Assembly: GCA_963662655.2 (NCBI GenBank)
Contig: CAXXTU010000002.1
Coordinates: 896,001-960,000, forward strand
Reading direction: 5' to 3'
Length of the DNA: 64,000 nt
Source: Candidatus Cloacimonadales bacterium
GTDB lineage: Bacteria; Cloacimonadota; Cloacimonadia; Cloacimonadales; JAIOQZ01
Shown here: in pieces, positions 58,925 to 64,000 of the stretch
Layout: each line of letters starts with the position of its first letter
Position numbering within the stretch: the first letter of the stretch is position 1
Notes under the pieces: generated by a model
What the model was told of the DNA's origin: nothing
Databases searched by the model: none
What the model saw: the letters and a program-made list of their open reading frames with translations, nothing else
Program-made: the position numbers and the translations under genes

Positions 58925-61900
58925 ATGAAAACGAGACTTGTTATTACCGCACTTGCAGCAATGCTTCTGTTTGCGGTAGCAGGATTTGCTCAGGACCAGG
59001 GTGGACCAGATTTATATGGCTACACATGGAAGAACAGCGATGCAACGGACGGCCCTGCATACGCATGGGTCGAGCCGGACACAACGAACGATGCCGTTGC
59101 ATTGTACACAGCTTTTGATGACGACGGAAACACACCGATGCTTCCATTGAACTTCACATTCCCATTCTACGGTACGGACTATACCGAGGTTATGATTGGC
59201 TCGAACGGTATCATTGGATTCACCGATTCCAACATGTCCAGTCTTGGCAACCAGGATATTCCAAACACATCGACCCCCAACAACATCATCGCATGGTTTT
59301 GGGACGACCTGAATCCAAGATATACTTGGACTTCTTCACATTGCTATTTCGAAAACATCACATACAACGACATGAATGCCTTCATGATTTCATTTGTTGA
59401 CTATTCAGAATACCTCGATACGGGTGACACTGGAACTTATCCGGAAGATTGTATTCAAGCTCAAGTTATCCTTGTTGAAAATGGCGATATCCTTATAAAT
59501 TATGACTGGATTGGATCAGACGTCGATTTGACAAGCTCAACCATCGGTATCGAAAATGTCGACGGTACGGACGCGCTTCAATACGGATACAATGAAGCCG
59601 AAGGAATCAACATTGCCGACGATTTCACCATCGCTTTCTACTACCCCATCTTCATGGATAACGACCTTCGCGCATCCACGATCACAGGTTCTGAAGTTAT
59701 CGACGCCAACGTTGAATCAACCTTTACCGTGACGGTTCTCAACAACGGTACGTTAGCACAGGACACCTATTCCGTACTCCTGATGGTCGACGATGTGGAA
59801 GTTGCCAGTGCAACCGGAACAGAGATTCAGCCGGGGCAATCGATCGATTTCGACCTGAACTGGACTCCTTCAACCGGTGGTTACTATATGCTGAAAGGCG
59901 TCACGGTTCTCGATGGCGACGAAATCACGGACAACGACGCATCTCAACCATTTGAAGTTTTTGTGAATCCGTCCAACGACCTCACAGCTACTAAAATCTA
60001 TGGCAATGCGATTCCGGATGTGAACCAGAGCACAACCTACACAGTTACAGTTCTCAACTCCGGCCTGAACGCGCAGAGCACCTACACGGTATACCTTAAA
60101 GATGCCGATGGCAACGAGCTTGCTTCCATCGCAGGAACTTCCCTTGCTGCCGGAGACTCTCTCGATTTCAACATCGACTGGACTCCGACTGCGCCCGGCT
60201 ATTTCGACCTCCATGGCGAAGTGTCACTTGACGGCGACGAAATCGCCGAAAACGACTCCTCGCTGGAACTTGGCGTTAGAGCGATTCAATCCGGTTTTGA
60301 AACAGTTGAACTTGGAGATGGAACCGTAAGCGCAAACACATTGCCAATCAACTTCTACTACAAGAACAGTCTTTCACAGACGATCTACTACCCGGAAGAA
60401 TTGAATATCTCCGCCGGTACCGAACTGATCGCAATCAAGTACTTCAACGATTTCCCGGAAACCCAGCCCCTCTACAACAAGGCGATCAACATATGGGTCG
60501 GTGAAACCGAATTGGAAACACTTGTGGACGGCTTCATTCCTTCAACCGAACTGACCCAGGTGTTCTCAGGCTTGATCTACTGTACTGCCGGCATCGGCGA
60601 GGTTGATATTCCTCTGGAAACACCATGGACATACGACGGGGGAAATCTGGTCGTTATGATTCAGAGACCTTTTGATGTGGGATATTACTCATCAAGCAGT
60701 AAATTCTACTACACCACAACGGAAACCTATCCTGATCGTACAGCCAGAGCTCAAAACGACCTCACGGTTTTTGACCCGGCGACCCCACCAGCGGCTACCG
60801 TTTCATCAACGATTCCCAATACCACGTTGTATTTTGGAAACGCTGTCGTGACCGGTATCGGTGGCTACGTGTATGACTCAATGACCTCACCGATCTCGGG
60901 TGCAACCGTTACCCTTACTCCTGGTGACGTTGAATTCACTACAGATGCAAGCGGATTCTACTCCTTCACGGGTATCGATCCAGGCACATACGGCGTAACT
61001 GCCGAAGCTGCCGGATTCGTATCGCACACCGAGAACGATCTCGTTGTTGTTGACGGCGAAATGTATGACTACAACTTCTATCTTGATGCAGTCATGACCG
61101 TAACCATCACCGTAACAACGAACGCCGGCTCGCCTGAAGGAGCGGCCCTTTCGTTCTCGAACGGAACCGATACATATGAAGAAACCGTTCCTGAAAGCGG
61201 AATCGTGTACTTCTATGAAATCGACAACGGAACCTACACGCTCGAAATCAGCCTTGACGATTTCGAAACCTATACCGATAACAACGTTGTTGTTGACGGC
61301 ACAACCGATATCGATGTTGAATTGGTCGAGTTGATCATCCCCGCAAGCAACCCTGCATGCACGATCGACGGATACTTCACCTGGGACGCTCCTGAGCTGC
61401 CGGTGAACGTCATGCGCAAATCCAATGCTCACAAGCAAGTTGTCGCGAACAAGACCCGTAGCAACAAAGCTAGTAAGATTATCGAAACGATGGATCGCTC
61501 ATTCCAGCACTACAACATCTATCTCGGTGAGACTCTCATCACAACCACTTCCAACACCAACTACCAGTTCGACACATCCGGCATGACAGTCGGCCAATCC
61601 TACACAGCGGGTGTTGGAGCTCAATACGAAAGTGGCGAATCCGATGTTGTTACCGTTGATTTCATCTACGGTCAGGAAACGCTCTACGCTCCGATCAACG
61701 TTGTCTGCGACTCCACCGGTTACCTTACATGGGAATCCGGTCAGCCAGCAGTTCTTCTCCGCAACAGCAAAGCAAGCAAGAACACTGGAACAATGGATCG
61801 CGATTTCATCCAGTATCGTATCTATCTCGATGACGAATACGTTGACTGGACACTCAACACGCATTTCGAATTCGACGGCCTCGTAGTCAATACCACTTAC

Positions 61901-62284
61901 ACTGCGGGTGTATCGGCATACTACACATCAGGCAACTCGACCATCACGGAAGTTGAATTCGTCTACATGCCGCAGAGCAACAACGCGGATGAAGTCGTCC
62001 CGGCCACCACGGGCATCATCGGAAACTACCCGAACCCGTTCAACCCGGAAACGAACATCCAGTTCTCTCTCTCCACAGCGGGACAGACATCACTCACCAT
62101 TTACAACGTGAAAGGTCAGAAAGTGAGAACCCTGTTCTCCGGTCACCTGGAAGCAAAGGTTCACAACCTGGCATGGAACGGCAAAGACGACAGCGGCAAG
62201 AGCGTCACCAGCGGCGTTTACTACGCAGTTCTCAAATCTGCTGGAGCCGCTACTGGCGTTCAGAAAATGCTCCTGCTCAAATAA
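58925..62284 (+). CDS. Large secreted multidomain protein (2x CARDB-like, carboxypeptidase-regulatory-like, FN3-like) with FlgD-Ig/T9SS-like C-terminal domain
   Basis: Signal peptide, GGPDLYGYTW N-domain, duplicated NDL..TVTVLN.G..AQ.TY..DE...ND module, GNYPNPFNPET...QKMLLLK. Confidence 0.85.
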   Translation: MKTRLVITALAAMLLFAVAGFAQDQGGPDLYGYTWKNSDATDGPAYAWVEPDTTNDAVALYTAFDDDGNTPMLPLNFTFPFYGTDYTEVMIGSNGIIGFTDSNMSSLGNQDIPNTSTPNNIIAWFWDDLNPRYTWTSSHCYFENITYNDMNAFMISFVDYSEYLDTGDTGTYPEDCIQAQVILVENGDILINYDWIGSDVDLTSSTIGIENVDGTDALQYGYNEAEGINIADDFTIAFYYPIFMDNDLRASTITGSEVIDANVESTFTVTVLNNGTLAQDTYSVLLMVDDVEVASATGTEIQPGQSIDFDLNWTPSTGGYYMLKGVTVLDGDEITDNDASQPFEVFVNPSNDLTATKIYGNAIPDVNQSTTYTVTVLNSGLNAQSTYTVYLKDADGNELASIAGTSLAAGDSLDFNIDWTPTAPGYFDLHGEVSLDGDEIAENDSSLELGVRAIQSGFETVELGDGTVSANTLPINFYYKNSLSQTIYYPEELNISAGTELIAIKYFNDFPETQPLYNKAINIWVGETELETLVDGFIPSTELTQVFSGLIYCTAGIGEVDIPLETPWTYDGGNLVVMIQRPFDVGYYSSSSKFYYTTTETYPDRTARAQNDLTVFDPATPPAATVSSTIPNTTLYFGNAVVTGIGGYVYDSMTSPISGATVTLTPGDVEFTTDASGFYSFTGIDPGTYGVTAEAAGFVSHTENDLVVVDGEMYDYNFYLDAVMTVTITVTTNAGSPEGAALSFSNGTDTYEETVPESGIVYFYEIDNGTYTLEISLDDFETYTDNNVVVDGTTDIDVELVELIIPASNPACTIDGYFTWDAPELPVNVMRKSNAHKQVVANKTRSNKASKIIETMDRSFQHYNIYLGETLITTTSNTNYQFDTSGMTVGQSYTAGVGAQYESGESDVVTVDFIYGQETLYAPINVVCDSTGYLTWESGQPAVLLRNSKASKNTGTMDRDFIQYRIYLDDEYVDWTLNTHFEFDGLVVNTTYTAGVSAYYTSGNSTITEVEFVYMPQSNNADEVVPATTGIIGNYPNPFNPETNIQFSLSTAGQTSLTIYNVKGQKVRTLFSGHLEAKVHNLAWNGKDDSGKSVTSGVYYAVLKSAGAATGVQKMLLLK

Positions 62285-62320
62285 CGACATAACGTTTTTT
62301 CAAGCAGAAAGCTTATATCG

Positions 62321-62350
62321 AAATCGCCCTCAGCAACGGGGGCGATTTTC
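62321..62350 (+). terminator. Rho-independent terminator
   Basis: AAATCGCCCTC-AGCAAC-GGGGGCGATTTT. Confidence 0.75.
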
Positions 62351-62522
62351 TATTTATGTAGACAGCAGAAGTAGATTGCGGATTCCGATTTCTCCTTGAG
62401 TTTTGTTTCTCCAGCTACTGCCCGGCGTGCCGCGCTCATTTTAATATTTTGTCATCGCCAGTTTTTTATTGACAGCATGTAATTCCGTGTTCATTTTTCG
62501 AAAAAATGCCGGAGAGACCCCA

Positions 62523-63596
62523 ATGTATAGATTCCGCAGCGATCTGGAAGCACGAAAACTGCCTGTTGTTACAGTTCCCAAGCGCGATGTGATGATGTGC
62601 CTGAACGAAAGCGCAATGGATCCTCTTGAAGTTATCCGCGAGCCGCTAATGGAGAAGATGAAGGGCATTCACTTGAATCGCTACTTCTCCGATGTGACCG
62701 ATCAACTCAAGTCCGCGCTGGCTTCGTACGTTGGAAACAATACAACGCCCGAGTGTTTCGAGTTCGGTAACGGGGCCGACGAGATGCTCTATTACCTCTT
62801 CACCTCGGTCCGGGACAGCTCCGAGTCGTTTGCCGTTTCCGTCGCGCCCTCCTATGGCGATTACATCACCTACACCAGAGCCGTGGGAATGAAGATCAAG
62901 TTCGCGCAAATGAACGAACAGTTCGATTTTGACGAAAACGAGTTCCTCCAGTTGATGGATCATCCCGACTGCAAGCTAGGGATCATCTGTACGCCGAACA
63001 ATCCGACGGGAAATCTGCTGGACGACGCAAAGGTACATCGAATCCTTTCCAGCACCGAGAAGCTGATCCTGATCGACGAGGCTTATTTCGAATTCTCGGG
63101 TCGCACCTATACTGGCTTCCTGGAGAAATATCCGAACCTCGTCGTGATCCGGACATTCTCGAAGGGATTCGGCGCTTCGGGCTTGCGATTCGGGTATATC
63201 ATATCGAACCCGGAGAACATGCACGAAATCAAGAAGGTCATGACCTTCTTCCACATGAGCATCCTGATTCAGGCATTCGCCCTGACCATTTTGGAAAACC
63301 AGGCGCCTTTCATCGAATATAATCAATGCGTCATACAAGAACGTACCCGTATCATCGATACGCTGAATGCAAACCCCATGTTGCACGCCTATCCCTCTTA
63401 CACGAACTTCATTCTGTTCAATGCGGATGATCGAGCAGTGCCGCTTCACGAGCATCTCAAGGAAAACGGGATCGCCATTCGGCACTATGCTTCCCACAAG
63501 CTCCTGGGCGATAAATTACGGGTCACGATAAGCACAAAGGAAGACAATGACGCTTTCCTGAAGCATGTATGGAATTTCATCGCGAAGGATAAATGA
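62523..63596 (+). CDS. hisC: Histidinol-phosphate aminotransferase family protein
   Basis: LNES, NRY, GNGADE, PNNPTG, DEAYFEF, RTFSKGFGASGLRFGY. The family is clear; the substrate is unverified because no other his genes are in the window. Confidence 0.8.
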   Translation: MYRFRSDLEARKLPVVTVPKRDVMMCLNESAMDPLEVIREPLMEKMKGIHLNRYFSDVTDQLKSALASYVGNNTTPECFEFGNGADEMLYYLFTSVRDSSESFAVSVAPSYGDYITYTRAVGMKIKFAQMNEQFDFDENEFLQLMDHPDCKLGIICTPNNPTGNLLDDAKVHRILSSTEKLILIDEAYFEFSGRTYTGFLEKYPNLVVIRTFSKGFGASGLRFGYIISNPENMHEIKKVMTFFHMSILIQAFALTILENQAPFIEYNQCVIQERTRIIDTLNANPMLHAYPSYTNFILFNADDRAVPLHEHLKENGIAIRHYASHKLLGDKLRVTISTKEDNDAFLKHVWNFIAKDK

Positions 63597-63712
63597 ACAG
63601 GGCCATGAATAGCCCCGGATATCGCTAATATTAAAATCCTTGCATTTAGCGAGGATTAGGATACTATGTCAATAACGTATGCTGGATTATAGACGATAAT
63701 CAGAGGAAATGA

Positions 63713-64000
63713 ATGAATTTTGAAAATCTGTTGCAACCATTCCATTTGAAAGAGATCATACTGAACACGCATTTTGCGGTGCAAATTGCCTTGGGTGTTT
63801 TTATTGTTCTCGCTTTCACGTTCTTCATCCTGATCCTGCTGATCAAGAAGAAGCTGACCAAAGAGATCACAGAGCATGAGGCGCAAAATCAGATGCTCAC
63901 TCGCTCCCTTGCAAGAGAGAAGCGACATCGCGCCGATACAGTCAGCGAGAACCAGACGTTCAAAGCGGAGCAGGAACAACTCAACGAGAAGATCCGCAAG
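63713..64000 (+). CDS. Partial membrane-anchored coiled-coil protein (3' truncated)
   Basis: MNFENLLQ...IALGVFIVLAFTFFILILLIKKK...; open to the window end, AGAGG upstream. Confidence 0.7.
   Translation, partial: MNFENLLQPFHLKEIILNTHFAVQIALGVFIVLAFTFFILILLIKKKLTKEITEHEAQNQMLTRSLAREKRHRADTVSENQTFKAEQEQLNEKIRK

Noticed and set aside
63656..63979. 107-aa minus-strand ORF
   Set aside because: Antisense to a more plausible + strand gene (63713 to window end) with SD, TM helix and coiled coil.

Overview
A gene-dense chromosomal window from an anaerobic diderm bacterium. It is most likely Ca. Cloacimonadota (FCB group); this is an inference from four secreted proteins ending in a PNPFNP..FlgD-Ig/T9SS-type-A-like C-terminal domain, together with GS type III, FolE2 and a [FeFe]-hydrogenase-type sensory cluster. 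Contents: (1) a trimeric adhesin with a peptidase-S74 chaperone plus a large Ig/adhesin partner; (2) an apbE-folE2-M16 peptidase-activase-TPR operon; (3) a DRTGG/anti-sigma kinase/Fe-S hydrogenase-like/DRTGG/PHP cluster split by an oppositely oriented 6-kb cassette of hybrid histidine kinase, HD-GYP, HDOD and histidine kinase; (4) exbB-exbD-tonB-folP-dacA-coaE; (5) secreted enzymes, GS-III, a TPR adenylate cyclase, tsaB, pdp and hisC; (6) a tandem array of five paralogous ~200-aa outer-membrane beta-barrel-like genes. Four genes carry six single-base frameshifts that look like sequencing errors. The strongest unexplained signals are non-coding: a ~190-nt near-perfect four-way-junction palindrome (44002-44187) and a ~170-nt G-U-rich rod hairpin followed by a terminator (27552-27771). 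A 38-aa basic ORF missed by the ORF track was also found. I saw no rRNA, tRNA, CRISPR array, transposase, integrase or reverse transcriptase.
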